Notes: generated from the sequence alone by a model not told the origin. A stretch of 64,000 nucleotides of DNA from an uncultured Candidatus Saccharibacteria bacterium (GCA_964357525.1 CAYHLH010000002.1:5287-69286), one strand, 5' to 3'. Shown: positions 32,101-44,192, counted from the first letter of the stretch. Numbers and translations are program-made.

Positions 32101-33299
32101 ATTCATATAAGGCGCGGACCAAAGAAGGCGAGCTCCAAGTAGGGAACGTGGAGGCGCTCGACAAGAACTCGGCGGTGAATGTGCTCCTTTCCCACGGGCT
32201 CTTCGTGCTTTCCGTCGAGGAGCACAGCGAGGAGGAATGGTACGACCGCCTCCTCAACTTCTTCAAGCGAGTCAAGACCACGCACATTATGATCTTTACG
32301 CGCCAGTTCGCGACGCTTTTGGCGAGTCAGGTCCCGCTCTCGGACGCCTTGAACAACCTCTACAAGCAGACGGAGCACCCCATCCTCAAGGAGGCCATCT
32401 ACGACATCTCGAACGACATTCAGGCGGGCTTCGCGCTCTCGCAGGCCCTGGAGAAGCACACGAACGTGTTCTCGGATTTCTTCATCAACATGGTGCGTTC
32501 CGCGGAGGTGACGGGGCGCCTCTCCGAGGTACTGGAATTCCTCGCGGACTATCTCGAGAACCAGGTGGCGATGCAGTCCAAGATCAAGAACGCGCTTTCC
32601 TACCCCATTTTCGTCGTCATTCTCGCGTTCGTGGTCCTCGGAATCATCATCACCTTCGTGTTCCCGCAGATCCTTCCCATCTTCGAGGATTCCAACATCG
32701 CGGTGCCGTGGTACACGGCGCTCATGCTCTCCGTCGGGACCTTCCTCAATAAGTTTTGGTGGATAGTCGTGTTCGCCATAGTCGCGCTCGTCCTCATCCT
32801 CATCAACTACTTCCAGACGCGCGAAGGGCGCATCGTCTTCGACGAGACCATCCTCCACATTCCGCTCGTCGGGAAGCTTTTCCGCAAGATCTACGTGGCG
32901 CGTTTCGCTGAGTCCGCGCGCGTCCTCATCAAGGGAGGGCTCACCATCCCCCAGGCGGTGGAGATCTCGGCGAGGACGATAGGCAACGTGGAGTATCAGG
33001 AGGTTTTGACGCAGGCGTCCGAGGAGGTCAGGAAAGGAAAGCTCTTGAGCAAGGTCATAGAGGAGCGTCCCGAATTCCCGCCGCTCGTTTCCCAGCTCAT
33101 CGCGATAGGAGAAAGCACCGGCCGCTTGGAGGAACTGCTCCAGAAGGTGCGCGATTTCTACATGCGGGAGATAGAGAATGCCATCGAGAATTCCATTTCG
33201 CTCATACAGCCCATTTTGATGGTCTTCGTCGGGGTGGTCGTCGCGTTCCTCTTTGCGGGCATACTCCTTCCGCTCTTCTCGCTTACGCAGACGATTTGA
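32094..33299 (+). CDS. pilC: Type IV pilus inner-membrane platform protein PilC (GspF family)
   Basis: Two T2SSF domains, three TM segments, 401 aa. Confidence 0.85.
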   Translation: MKYSYKARTKEGELQVGNVEALDKNSAVNVLLSHGLFVLSVEEHSEEEWYDRLLNFFKRVKTTHIMIFTRQFATLLASQVPLSDALNNLYKQTEHPILKEAIYDISNDIQAGFALSQALEKHTNVFSDFFINMVRSAEVTGRLSEVLEFLADYLENQVAMQSKIKNALSYPIFVVILAFVVLGIIITFVFPQILPIFEDSNIAVPWYTALMLSVGTFLNKFWWIVVFAIVALVLILINYFQTREGRIVFDETILHIPLVGKLFRKIYVARFAESARVLIKGGLTIPQAVEISARTIGNVEYQEVLTQASEEVRKGKLLSKVIEERPEFPPLVSQLIAIGESTGRLEELLQKVRDFYMREIENAIENSISLIQPILMVFVGVVVAFLFAGILLPLFSLTQTI

Positions 33300-33342
33300 T
33301 GTATAATTCTGATAAATAAAAGGTCGTAATTTTTTTTTCCAT

Positions 33343-33795
33343 ATGAAATTTTCAAGCAAAAAAGGGTTTACGCTGATCGAGATGCTCATCGTCATCGCAA
33401 TCATAGGCATCCTTTCGGCCGCGGTGTTGGCCGGCCTCGGGCCCGCTCGCAACAAGGCGAAGGACGCCCGCATCATCAGCGGGATGAACCAGGTCCGTTC
33501 CATCGCAGAGGCGAAGTACAACCCTTCGAGCGATGTTCCGTACTCGGCCATGGTGAGCGCGGATCCGATCGAACCCACGGATCCCGATCTGATAAAGATT
33601 GACGATGATATCGAGGCGGCATCCGCAAAGAAAAGCACGCTTACGGTACTGAGCGACGGAACGTATTACCTGGCATACGCGCTGCTGCTCACGAACCAGA
33701 ACGAGTGGTATTGCGTGGACAGCGCGGGCACCGCCGGCGTGGTGAAAGACAGCGCCCCGCAGGGGCAGACCTGTGCCATCGGCGGCACGCCTTAA
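33343..33795 (+). CDS. pilA: Type IV pilin (major pilin candidate)
   Basis: Class III signal: MKFSSKKGFTLIEMLIVIAIIGILSAAVLAGL (G-F-T-L-I-E motif). Confidence 0.8.
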   Translation: MKFSSKKGFTLIEMLIVIAIIGILSAAVLAGLGPARNKAKDARIISGMNQVRSIAEAKYNPSSDVPYSAMVSADPIEPTDPDLIKIDDDIEAASAKKSTLTVLSDGTYYLAYALLLTNQNEWYCVDSAGTAGVVKDSAPQGQTCAIGGTP

Positions 33796-33818
33796 TCGCG
33801 GAGCATACTAAGTTACAA

Positions 33819-34721
33819 ATGGCGGCCCTTCCCGGATTCTTTTTCTTCGTGTTCGGCACCGCGATCGGGAGCTTCCTGAATGTGGTGATACTCCGATATC
33901 GTCCGGAAAGGCCGCTTTTTGATTTGAAGATAATTTCCGGGCGCTCGAGGTGCCCAAAGTGCGGGAAGCTGATTCCAGCCCGCGAGCTCATCCCTCTCGC
34001 GAGCTTTTTGTTCCTCAGGGGAAAGTGTTCCGCGTGCAGGGAAAGGATTTCCATACAATATCCGCTCGTGGAGTTCCTGACGGGACTCGTGTTCCTCGGC
34101 GTCCCGCTATTTTTGAACCGTTTCTACGGCCAGTCGAACGAATTGTTCTTCTCGTTCGCCATGGACCCGTGGTACTACTTCCTTGTCGCGTTCTGGGTTT
34201 TGGCGTTCGTCTGTTTCATCCTCCTTGTGGCGATCGACCTCAGGCACTACATCATCCCGGACGAGTTGAACGTCATGGTGGGTACCGTGGGCATTTTTGT
34301 CGCGTGGCTTCTCGCCCAAAATCAGGCGCTCCTCGCTCCCTTTTCCACGTCTTTCGTGAGGCATTATGCGCTCGTGTTTTCCCCGGTTTCCAACCTTCTT
34401 TTGGGGCATCTCCTCGGAGCGGTCGCGGCGGGGCTCTTTTTTCTCGCTCTCGTGCTCTTGACCAAGGGGCGCGGGATGGGAATGGGCGACGTCAAATTCA
34501 TGTTCATGGCGGGGCTCCTTTTCGGCTGGCCCGATGTCGCCGTCGCCACGTTCTTCGCGTTCCTCCTCGGGGGCGTCACTGCGGGCGTGCTCTTTTTTCT
34601 CAGAAAGAAGGGAATGAAGGACAAGATTCCCTTCGGGCCGTTTCTCGTCCTGGGGCTCTCGGCCGCGTTCTTCTTCGGATACCCCGCGCTTCAGGGCTAT
34701 TTTGCCCTTTTCAACATCTGA
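33819..34721 (+). CDS. pilD: Prepilin peptidase (A24 family) PilD
   Basis: N-terminal Zn-finger CPKCGK...CSACRE, catalytic Asp regions (IDLRHYIIPDELN; GMGMGDVKFM). Start at MAALPGFF. Confidence 0.85.
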   Translation: MAALPGFFFFVFGTAIGSFLNVVILRYRPERPLFDLKIISGRSRCPKCGKLIPARELIPLASFLFLRGKCSACRERISIQYPLVEFLTGLVFLGVPLFLNRFYGQSNELFFSFAMDPWYYFLVAFWVLAFVCFILLVAIDLRHYIIPDELNVMVGTVGIFVAWLLAQNQALLAPFSTSFVRHYALVFSPVSNLLLGHLLGAVAAGLFFLALVLLTKGRGMGMGDVKFMFMAGLLFGWPDVAVATFFAFLLGGVTAGVLFFLRKKGMKDKIPFGPFLVLGLSAAFFFGYPALQGYFALFNI

Positions 34722-34751
34722 AAACCCCCGAAAACGTGGTAGAATGAACCC

Positions 34752-35237
34752 ATGCGTATGAGGGGCGGCTTCACGCTCGTCGAAATGGCGATCACAGCGA
34801 CCATCATGATCATGGCGTCTTCCATGCTCATCGTCTTTTCGCAGGGGAGCGGCAACCGGCTGACCCTTGGAACGGAGGCTGCGAAGATAAGCGGGGTACT
34901 GAACCGCGCGAAATCCCTCGCGCTCCAGCGCTACCGCACGGAAGGGGGTTCCTCGTGCGGATTCGCGTTCCGCTGGAACGACCCTGCGGCGACCTATACT
35001 ATCTCCCCAGTGCTCCGCGACGAGGAGAGGAATTGCACCGATGTTCAGCCCGCCATTGAAACCTTCGCACTCAACCGCAACGTGATGTTCCAGGGGCCGG
35101 GGGACACCATAATATTCGAATCGCCGTATCTCACGACCAGGAATCCCTTGGTCATTCAAATAGCCCTTCGTGACAATCCGGAGGAAAACACCGCCGGCAT
35201 CGAGGTCACTGCCGGGGGAGCCATCGTAATGAGGTGA
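34752..35237 (+). CDS. Pseudopilin / minor pilin
   Basis: MRMRGGFTLVEMAITATIMIMASS prepilin-type N-terminus. Confidence 0.65.
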   Translation: MRMRGGFTLVEMAITATIMIMASSMLIVFSQGSGNRLTLGTEAAKISGVLNRAKSLALQRYRTEGGSSCGFAFRWNDPAATYTISPVLRDEERNCTDVQPAIETFALNRNVMFQGPGDTIIFESPYLTTRNPLVIQIALRDNPEENTAGIEVTAGGAIVMR

Positions 35238-35239
35238 AC

Positions 35240-35782
35240 ATGTCCATTTTCCGCGGCCGGAAGGGCAACATCCTCATCGAATCCATCGTGTCGGTGTCGC
35301 TCATCCTTATCGGCCTTTTGGGGGTGTTTGGGCTCATCACGAGTTCCGTGAGGCAGAACAAGGACGTGAACCTTCGGGCCGCGGCGGCGTACCTCGCCGC
35401 GGAGGGCATCGAGGTGATGAAGAACATCGTGGACACGGACGTCGTGTCCACCTCCTCGCCGTGGATTGCCACGGTGGGAGAGGAGCCGTTCGAAACATAT
35501 GAAGTGGAGTACGACACCGACAACAGCCCCGAACTCGCGCCGATACTGTTGCCGAACGGCGCATCTTCGACGCGGGCGCTCGTGCTCGATAATGATACGG
35601 GCCTTTATCGCTACCCGGTTATCGGAGGGAGCGAAACGCCGACCCTCTTCAAGCGCACTGTCGCGGTCGCTAGCGAGAGCCCAGATGAACTCAGGATCAC
35701 GTCCGTCGTCGAATGGACGGAGCGGGGGGAGCGGAGAAGCGTGACGCTTCAGACGATATTCACGAATTGGAGGACGGACTAA
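35240..35782 (+). CDS. Minor pilin (PilV-like)
   Basis: MSIFRGRKGNILIESIVSVSLILIGLLGVFG N-terminal methylation-type motif. Confidence 0.6.
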   Translation: MSIFRGRKGNILIESIVSVSLILIGLLGVFGLITSSVRQNKDVNLRAAAAYLAAEGIEVMKNIVDTDVVSTSSPWIATVGEEPFETYEVEYDTDNSPELAPILLPNGASSTRALVLDNDTGLYRYPVIGGSETPTLFKRTVAVASESPDELRITSVVEWTERGERRSVTLQTIFTNWRTD

Positions 35783-35784
35783 AA

Positions 35785-36376
35785 ATGGAACACATGACAG
35801 ATGACCTAAAACTGAAAACCCGCTGCGGGTTCTCCACGACGGAACTCCTCGTCGGAATTGGGATATTCACCGTCATCGGCTCCGTGATGACGGGGATATT
35901 CGTGTCCGCCCTCAAGAACCAGCGCCTTATCCAGCAGATCATGGTGGTGAACAACAATGGCGGCCTTGTGCTGGAACAGATCGCCCGAGAGGCGCGGACT
36001 GGATACACGTTCATCGTCGAGGAAGGGGAAGGGACATGCCCCGAGGGGTCGGGAAGCATGGTCACTTTTGTGAACGGACAGGGGAATGTGACCACCACCT
36101 TCGCCCTCGCGGCGGACAACGAGACGGTGGTAAGGTATGAATGGGAAGGCGAGGAGCCTGGGCAAGGGCTGGAACTCTCCGCTTCGAGCGTGGCGGTGAA
36201 ACGGCTCTGCTTTTTCATGAAGCAGTTCGAAAGCGAAAGAAACTTCTGCAACCCCGAGCGCCTGACCATATTGATGGAGGTGGCGCCGCTCACGAACGCC
36301 TCGAGCGTCCAGCCGCTGCATCTTCAGACTACCGTTTCGTCGCGCGTGCTCCCGAGGGAGATCCCGGGAGACCCGT

Positions 36377-36393
<17 letters not shown>
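35785..36393 (+). CDS. Minor pilin (PilW-like)
   Basis: ...TRCGFSTTELLVGIGIFTVIGSVMTGIF prepilin-type N-terminus. Confidence 0.6.
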
Positions 36394-38891
<2,498 letters not shown>

Positions 38892-38909
38892 GGTGGTATC
38901 CTTTCAATA

Positions 38910-39239
38910 ATGCCCGAAAAGATAACCAAGGAAACGCTTGAGCATCTCCTCTCGCTTTCGCGCATAGAGTTGACAGAGGAAGAGAAAAAAAACAAGGAAC
39001 CCAAGCTTTTGAATGACCTTCAGAGGATTTTGGAGCATTTTGAGGAATTGAACGAAGTTAATACCGACGGAGTTGATGTCATAGAAGGGGGGAAAGCGGG
39101 CGTGAACGAATACAGAAAGGACGAAGAAAAAAGCGATTTCCGGAAAGAAGATGCTACTGAGCAGTTTCCGGAGACGCATGGCGGATACCTGAAGGTTCCC
39201 GCGATTTTGGAGCACAAGAAAAAATCAACGAATAACTAA
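38910..39239 (+). CDS. gatC: Asp-tRNA(Asn)/Glu-tRNA(Gln) amidotransferase subunit C
   Basis: About 100-aa protein (ITKETLEHLLSLSRIELTEEEK...) immediately upstream of gatA. Confidence 0.7.
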   Translation: MPEKITKETLEHLLSLSRIELTEEEKKNKEPKLLNDLQRILEHFEELNEVNTDGVDVIEGGKAGVNEYRKDEEKSDFRKEDATEQFPETHGGYLKVPAILEHKKKSTNN

Positions 39240-39305
39240 TATGTACAAATATACTAATCATTTAAAACATTCGTACATTCGTATTTTATTCGTAATTAGT
39301 TGGTT

Positions 39306-40778
39306 ATGAACATTCGTGATCTTTCCGTAAAAGAGTACGGCGAAGGACTACGCGCCAAGAAATTCAGCGCGGAAGAAGGCATGCACGAGTTTTTGTCGGT
39401 AATAAAAAAAGAGGACAAAAAAATCCACGCATTCCTTTCGGTATTTGAAGATGAGGCGCTAACGCAGGCGCGGGCCGTTGACGGAAAAATCGCCCGAGAG
39501 GAAATGTTGCACCCGCTCGCGGGCGTGCCGATTGCCGTTAAGGACAACATATTGATTCATGGCGCGAAAACCACCGCCGCGTCACGGATTTTGGAGAATT
39601 ACGCCTCCGCCTATGACGCGACCGTGATTCAAAAATTAAGGGACTCGGACGTTGTATTTTTGGGAAAGACAAACATGGACGAGTTCGCAATGGGCGCCTC
39701 AACCGAGAATTCGGCTTTCGGCGCGACCAAGAACCCATACGACATATCCCGCGTTCCGGGCGGCTCTTCCGGGGGCTCTGCGGCCTCCGTGGCCGCCAAA
39801 TTCGCCCCTATGGCGCTTGGAAGCGATACGGGGGGGTCGGTTCGCCAGCCCGCGGCATTTTGCGGGGTGGTTGGTTTCAAGCCTTCGTATGGCGCGGTTT
39901 CGCGCTTCGGCCTGATTGCAATGACTTCAAGCATAGATCAGATAGGCCCAATTGCGCGTTCTGCGGAGGATGTCTCGTTTCTTTTTGACGCAATAGAGGG
40001 AAAAGACAGATTTGACACGACGTCCGTCGGCGTGCCTTCGGGCGAGTATTCGGAGGAAGCGGTGAAAAAAATAAGAATCGGGATTCCGAAAGAATATTTC
40101 CTGCCTGCGCAGGCAGGCGGCGAAGGCGTTGACGCGCCGGTCAAAGCCGAAGTTATGAAATCAATCGAAGCGTTCAGAAAAAACGGGTTCGCGGTTAAGG
40201 AAGTGAGCTTGCCTCTCACGAAATACGCGATTTCCGTTTATTACATAATCGTGCCGGCGGAGGTCTCTGCAAACCTCGCGCGATTTGACGGCATTCGGTA
40301 CCCGAAGGAATTGAAAAAGGGATTTGAAAAATCATTTTCGGATTTGCTAGAAAAATACAAGAAGGCGCGGGGATACGGATTCGGCGATGAGGCGAAAAGG
40401 CGGATACTGCTCGGAACGTTCGTGCTCTCTGCCGGGTACTACGACGCCTATTACAAGAAGGCCGAGAAGGTTAGAGAGCTCATCACGCGAGAATTCGAAT
40501 CAGTGTGGGATGATGTTGACGTTCTTCTCGCTCCAACGACGCCGACCAGAGCCTTCAAGTTCGGCGAAAAGACAGACGATCCGCTTCAAATGTATGCATG
40601 CGATATGTTGACGGCTCCGGCTAATCTCGCGGGCCTCCCGGCTCTTTCGGTGCCTGTGAAAAAATACGAAATCGGCGGTAAAGAACTGCCTGTAGGTCTG
40701 CAAATTATCGGCAGGCAATTCCACGACCGAGAAGTGCTCGCACTCGGAAGATTCTACGAAAAATACCTGCGCGTATAA
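39306..40778 (+). CDS. gatA: Glu-tRNA(Gln)/Asp-tRNA(Asn) amidotransferase subunit A
   Basis: Amidase signature GGSSGGSAASVAAKFAPMALGSDTGGSVRQPAAFCG. Confidence 0.9.
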   Translation: MNIRDLSVKEYGEGLRAKKFSAEEGMHEFLSVIKKEDKKIHAFLSVFEDEALTQARAVDGKIAREEMLHPLAGVPIAVKDNILIHGAKTTAASRILENYASAYDATVIQKLRDSDVVFLGKTNMDEFAMGASTENSAFGATKNPYDISRVPGGSSGGSAASVAAKFAPMALGSDTGGSVRQPAAFCGVVGFKPSYGAVSRFGLIAMTSSIDQIGPIARSAEDVSFLFDAIEGKDRFDTTSVGVPSGEYSEEAVKKIRIGIPKEYFLPAQAGGEGVDAPVKAEVMKSIEAFRKNGFAVKEVSLPLTKYAISVYYIIVPAEVSANLARFDGIRYPKELKKGFEKSFSDLLEKYKKARGYGFGDEAKRRILLGTFVLSAGYYDAYYKKAEKVRELITREFESVWDDVDVLLAPTTPTRAFKFGEKTDDPLQMYACDMLTAPANLAGLPALSVPVKKYEIGGKELPVGLQIIGRQFHDREVLALGRFYEKYLRV

Positions 40779-40822
40779 TACTTGGGTTAGTATAATGCTC
40801 TGTCACGCGGTATAATGGCCTT

Positions 40823-41515
40823 ATGCCGGTTTTTAAATCCGTTAATAAAGACTTCTTTAAGAAATGGTGTCCGGAAATGGCCTACGTGCTCGGATTTTTC
40901 GCGGCTGACGGTTATATTACTGTGAACAAGCGCGGTGGACAGTTTTTAGGAATTCAGATTACCGATAAGGATCTTCTTGAAAATATTAAAAAAGCGCTGA
41001 GTTCGGAGCATAAGATAGGGAAACGTGCTCGTGGAGGAAATGAACAACCAACATATCGTCTTCAAGTTGGGAGCATTGAGATGTGCGACGATTTACGCCG
41101 TCTCGGTTTTTGCGAGAAAAAAGTAAGACGTTTAACGATGCCAAATATTCCCAGAAAATATCTTTCTGATTTTGTTCGCGGTTATTTTGATGGCGATGGA
41201 AATGTATGGGTGGGATTTGTGAATAAAAAGAGAAAAAATCCGGTGTTAACCATTGTAACGATGTTCACTTCTTGTTCGACTGAATTTTTACGCATTTTGT
41301 GGGGAAAGCTTCGAGTGGAGGGGGTTTCCGGCGGTTCTATCTATAATGCAAAGGGTAATTATTCTCGTTTACAATTTGGAGCGAGAGATTCTTTGAAATT
41401 ACAAGAATTTATGTATAATCAGAATTGTCTTAAAAATGGACTGTTTCTCGAGAGAAAGAAAAAAATTTTCAAGAGATACAATGCGTTAAAAAAGAGACAT
41501 GCGGTCGTGGTGTAG
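40823..41515 (+). CDS. Free-standing LAGLIDADG homing endonuclease (two-motif, single-chain type)
   Basis: Two LAGLIDADG motifs: LGFFAADGYI and RGYFDGDGNV. AT-rich. Three TATAAT boxes upstream. The 3' end overlaps tRNA-Asp by 15 nt. Confidence 0.75.
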   Translation: MPVFKSVNKDFFKKWCPEMAYVLGFFAADGYITVNKRGGQFLGIQITDKDLLENIKKALSSEHKIGKRARGGNEQPTYRLQVGSIEMCDDLRRLGFCEKKVRRLTMPNIPRKYLSDFVRGYFDGDGNVWVGFVNKKRKNPVLTIVTMFTSCSTEFLRILWGKLRVEGVSGGSIYNAKGNYSRLQFGARDSLKLQEFMYNQNCLKNGLFLERKKKIFKRYNALKKRHAVVV

Positions 41516-41575
41516 CCTGGTTAACATACCTCCCTGTCACGGAGGGGATCGTGGGTTCAAATCCCATCGGCCGCG
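41501..41575 (+). tRNA. tRNA-Asp (GTC)
   Basis: Acceptor GCGGTCG/CGGCCGC, anticodon stem CCTCC/GGAGG with loop CTGTCAC, T-arm GTGGGTTCAAATCCCAT. Confidence 0.8.
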
Positions 41576-41605
41576 CAAAAAAAAACGCCAAATGGCGTTT
41601 TTTGT
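41575..41605. terminator. Bidirectional terminator (CAAAAAAAAACGCC-AAAT-GGCGTTTTTTG)
   Basis: GC stem flanked by A and T tracts, directly after tRNA-Asp. Confidence 0.55.
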
Positions 41606-41606
41606 T

Positions 41607-42053
41607 CTAATAGCGTTTCACTAGGACGATGCCGTATTTCGGGATTTTTATAAAATCGGAAAGTTTCTCGATGGTAACTACGCCGTTGGATTGTTTGGCG
41701 TGGATTATTTCATCAGAGCCGAGATACATTACCATGTGGCCTATACATACTTCTTTGTCGGGAAAAAGTTCGTCGTTGTAATGTCCCTGCGGTCCCCGCA
41801 TGAACAATAGGTCGCCGGCTTCGAGGTTTGAGTGATTGGACGCGGATTCCACTTCTTTGCTTTGCGGGTCGGCGGCCTGAAGTATTGTGCTCCGCGGAAG
41901 CGTGAATCCTATTTGTTTATACAGATATAGTACGAATGAGGAACAATCGAACTCGGCCGGCGCCTTGTCCGGCGAGGCTCCGTAAACGTAGGGAACTCCC
42001 ACAAGATTTTTTGCGATGGATGTTACTTTTTCTTTTTGTTCTTTGGTAAGCAT
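41607..42053 (-). CDS. NlpC/P60 family cysteine peptidase
   Basis: Catalytic Cys in FDCSSFVLYLY and His in IGHMVMYLG. Start set at MLTKEQKEK; the track N-terminal extension would run into the tRNA-Met-associated repeat. Confidence 0.65.
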   Translation of the reverse strand: MLTKEQKEKVTSIAKNLVGVPYVYGASPDKAPAEFDCSSFVLYLYKQIGFTLPRSTILQAADPQSKEVESASNHSNLEAGDLLFMRGPQGHYNDELFPDKEVCIGHMVMYLGSDEIIHAKQSNGVVTIEKLSDFIKIPKYGIVLVKRY

Positions 42054-42060
42054 ATTATTC

Positions 42061-42226
42061 TGTGCCGACGGGAGGAAGCGGACAATCCACCTTTGGCGGA
42101 TTTTGGAACCCAGCGGTTCCAAGGCCTCCGCATTGGGAAAACTCCCGTTTCCCCACCGCCCCTTCCCGTCCGATTCCAGAGCGGCAAACACAAATGTTTT
42201 GAAAAACTCAAATCATTTGTATTTTG
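42061..42226 (-). repeat. tRNA-Met 3'-attached element (tRNA sense is minus): A/T hairpin, inverted T-loop copy, G-rich GGGGCGGTGGGG, GGAACC-GCTG-GGTTCC palindrome, direct repeat of the tRNA 3' end
   Basis: TGTGCCGACGGGAGGAAGCGGAC (42061-42083) versus the tRNA 3' end TGTGCCGACGGGAGGAATCGGAC (42225-42247). GTCCGATTCC at 42168-42177 is in inverted orientation. Confidence 0.55.
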
Positions 42227-42299
42227 TGCCGACGGGAGGAATCGGACCTCCGACCTAAGCGTTATGAGTGCTTCGCTCTAACCACTGAGCTACGCCGGC
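42227..42299 (-). tRNA. tRNA-Met (CAT) (elongator Met or Ile2/lysidine type not distinguishable)
   Basis: Reverse complement GCCGGCGTAGCTCAGTGGTTAGAGCGAAGCACTCATAACGCTT...GGAGGTCCGATTCCTCCCGTCGGCA. Anticodon loop CTCATAA. Confidence 0.75.
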
Positions 42300-42545
42300 T
42301 AGCGAAGGAAAAATGAAAATTTATTTTCATTTTTCCTGAGTAACGCCGGCGCAAGTCCCGCAAAGTCGGGACGCCACACCGGCAAGTGAGGAATACGCAC
42401 GTATTCCGAACGCCGCGGGCGCAAGCGTAGCGCTACGACGGCATCGCTTTTATTCTAGATAAAAAGAGGTTTTTCGCAAGATTTTTAAGTGTTGTAGTAA
42501 AAAAAAGAGGAGTATGCTTATAGCAAAGGTCAAAAATACAAGAGT

Positions 42546-44114
42546 ATGAAAAAATCAATTGTTTTAGTTTTTGCAGTTCTTTTTGTGTTTTGGTCGATTC
42601 CGTTAGTTTCGTACGCGAACTCTGAACAGCAAATTCCTTCAGGTGTTCTCGCACAACTCCTTGATGTGATTCAAGGATTGGTTGATAAAATGACTGAATT
42701 GCAACAATTGCCAAATAATACCGTTTCGGTTCCGTTAAGTACAGAAACTTCCCCTCGGATCGATTATTTTGTGAGTCCAGCCACGAATGATATCTGGCAA
42801 ATAGGTACAGTGCATAAAATAGAATGGATAATCGATCCACAGCCCGACGAAGTAAGCCTGCATCTTCTCAGGGATGGGTTTCCAAATTACGAAGTGCCAA
42901 TCACAGAAGGTTCAATTAAAAATACCGGCAGTTTTAATTGGACGGTTGGACCGCTAATCATGGATCTTGGAAAAGATTTTCGTGTTGAAGTAAGAAGCAA
43001 GGCTTACGGGCTTAGGAGCAATCTTTTCCAAATTACAAGAGTTACTCCTACACCAACCGTCGTTATCTCAAAAGACAGTTCGTCTCCGACTTCAAGGATT
43101 ACTCTTGTGGGGCAGAGTTCGGTTGAACTGCATAGAATCGGATTTGACGGGCGGGGGAGCGACCTCACGCTGAAAAAACTCACTCTGCAATTAGTGAGAG
43201 CGAACAAGAGGTTGTGGACATTAGGTTCGGTCTCCGCGAATTTCGGCCAGATTTATCTGTATGACGGTACAACGTTGGTCGGTTCCGGGGTTGTCAATCC
43301 CGCAAACGGGAAAGTTGCTTTTTCCGGTCTGAATGTGACGCTTCTCCAGGGGATGCGCAAAGTTCTTGGCGTGAAAGCGGACATTACCGGTTCCGGAACT
43401 CTGAAAGACAACAGCACGTTGGCGTTCTGGATCCCTTCGACGAGCGTAGACGAGATGGAAATTTACGGCCCGAACGGCTTATTGCCTTCGAGCAACATCA
43501 GGCTCCAGGATCGGGCGCTCTCGAATTTCAACCTGTATAAGAGCGTTGCTCCGAGCGTGATAAATGCGATGTCGAACGGCATCAAAACTCCGGGTGTGAA
43601 CCAGGAGATCGCGAAATTCACTATCACGAATGTCGCACCGCCAGGCGGGCGCTCGCTCAGGTTTGACAGATTTGAACCAACGGTTCTTCTAAGCGGATCA
43701 TGCACCGAATCGAGCACGGTGAGCAACTTCAAGTTGTATGACGGCGGTACTGTAATCGGTGTATCACCACTTTTGGCTGTTTTGAATTGTGGTTCCAGTC
43801 TGAAGCTCTATTACGATGCGAGCGATTCTGGCTGGGGAACACAGGAAATTCCTGCGGGAGGTTCAAAAACCTACACCATCAAGGCCGACACGACGAATAT
43901 CAGGAACGGCGTTCCGAGCGGGACATCGGTGTATCTTTCATCGAAAGTTGACGGTTTGAGGGGATACAACTCGAGGGATTTCACTGGTCCAGAGTATTAC
44001 TGGAATACGGGGGATGTGAAGTATAACTATACGACTGCGGGGATTATGGAAACCCACAAGAACAACAAGGCATCCGATTCATACTCGGTTCAGGGCGCGA
44101 CACTGACATACTAG
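42546..44114 (+). CDS. Secreted Ser/Thr-rich protein (AT-rich cassette); N-terminal 50 aa paralogous to the 48816 gene
   Basis: MKKSIVLVFAVLFVFWSIPLVSYANSE...GVLAQLLDVIQGLVDKMTELQQL versus MKKLVIVFTAGFLIFWSIPIRSFATAE...SMLAQLYEALQRVTEQISELTSE. Confidence 0.55.
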   Translation: MKKSIVLVFAVLFVFWSIPLVSYANSEQQIPSGVLAQLLDVIQGLVDKMTELQQLPNNTVSVPLSTETSPRIDYFVSPATNDIWQIGTVHKIEWIIDPQPDEVSLHLLRDGFPNYEVPITEGSIKNTGSFNWTVGPLIMDLGKDFRVEVRSKAYGLRSNLFQITRVTPTPTVVISKDSSSPTSRITLVGQSSVELHRIGFDGRGSDLTLKKLTLQLVRANKRLWTLGSVSANFGQIYLYDGTTLVGSGVVNPANGKVAFSGLNVTLLQGMRKVLGVKADITGSGTLKDNSTLAFWIPSTSVDEMEIYGPNGLLPSSNIRLQDRALSNFNLYKSVAPSVINAMSNGIKTPGVNQEIAKFTITNVAPPGGRSLRFDRFEPTVLLSGSCTESSTVSNFKLYDGGTVIGVSPLLAVLNCGSSLKLYYDASDSGWGTQEIPAGGSKTYTIKADTTNIRNGVPSGTSVYLSSKVDGLRGYNSRDFTGPEYYWNTGDVKYNYTTAGIMETHKNNKASDSYSVQGATLTY

Positions 44115-44192
44115 GAAAAACTTATTTTCCGCAAAACGAACTCTCTTAAGGGTTCGTTTTGCGTTTTTCCGGCTCTCGTATATACTAGCCCG

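Noticed and set aside
32103-33638. 511-aa minus-strand ORF opposite pilC
   Set aside because: Antisense to a confidently identified GspF-family gene. Composition-driven open frame.
34107-35159. 350-aa minus-strand ORF opposite pilD and the pseudopilin gene
   Set aside because: Antisense to the prepilin peptidase, which has Zn-finger and catalytic Asp motifs. Arg/Glu-rich low-complexity product.
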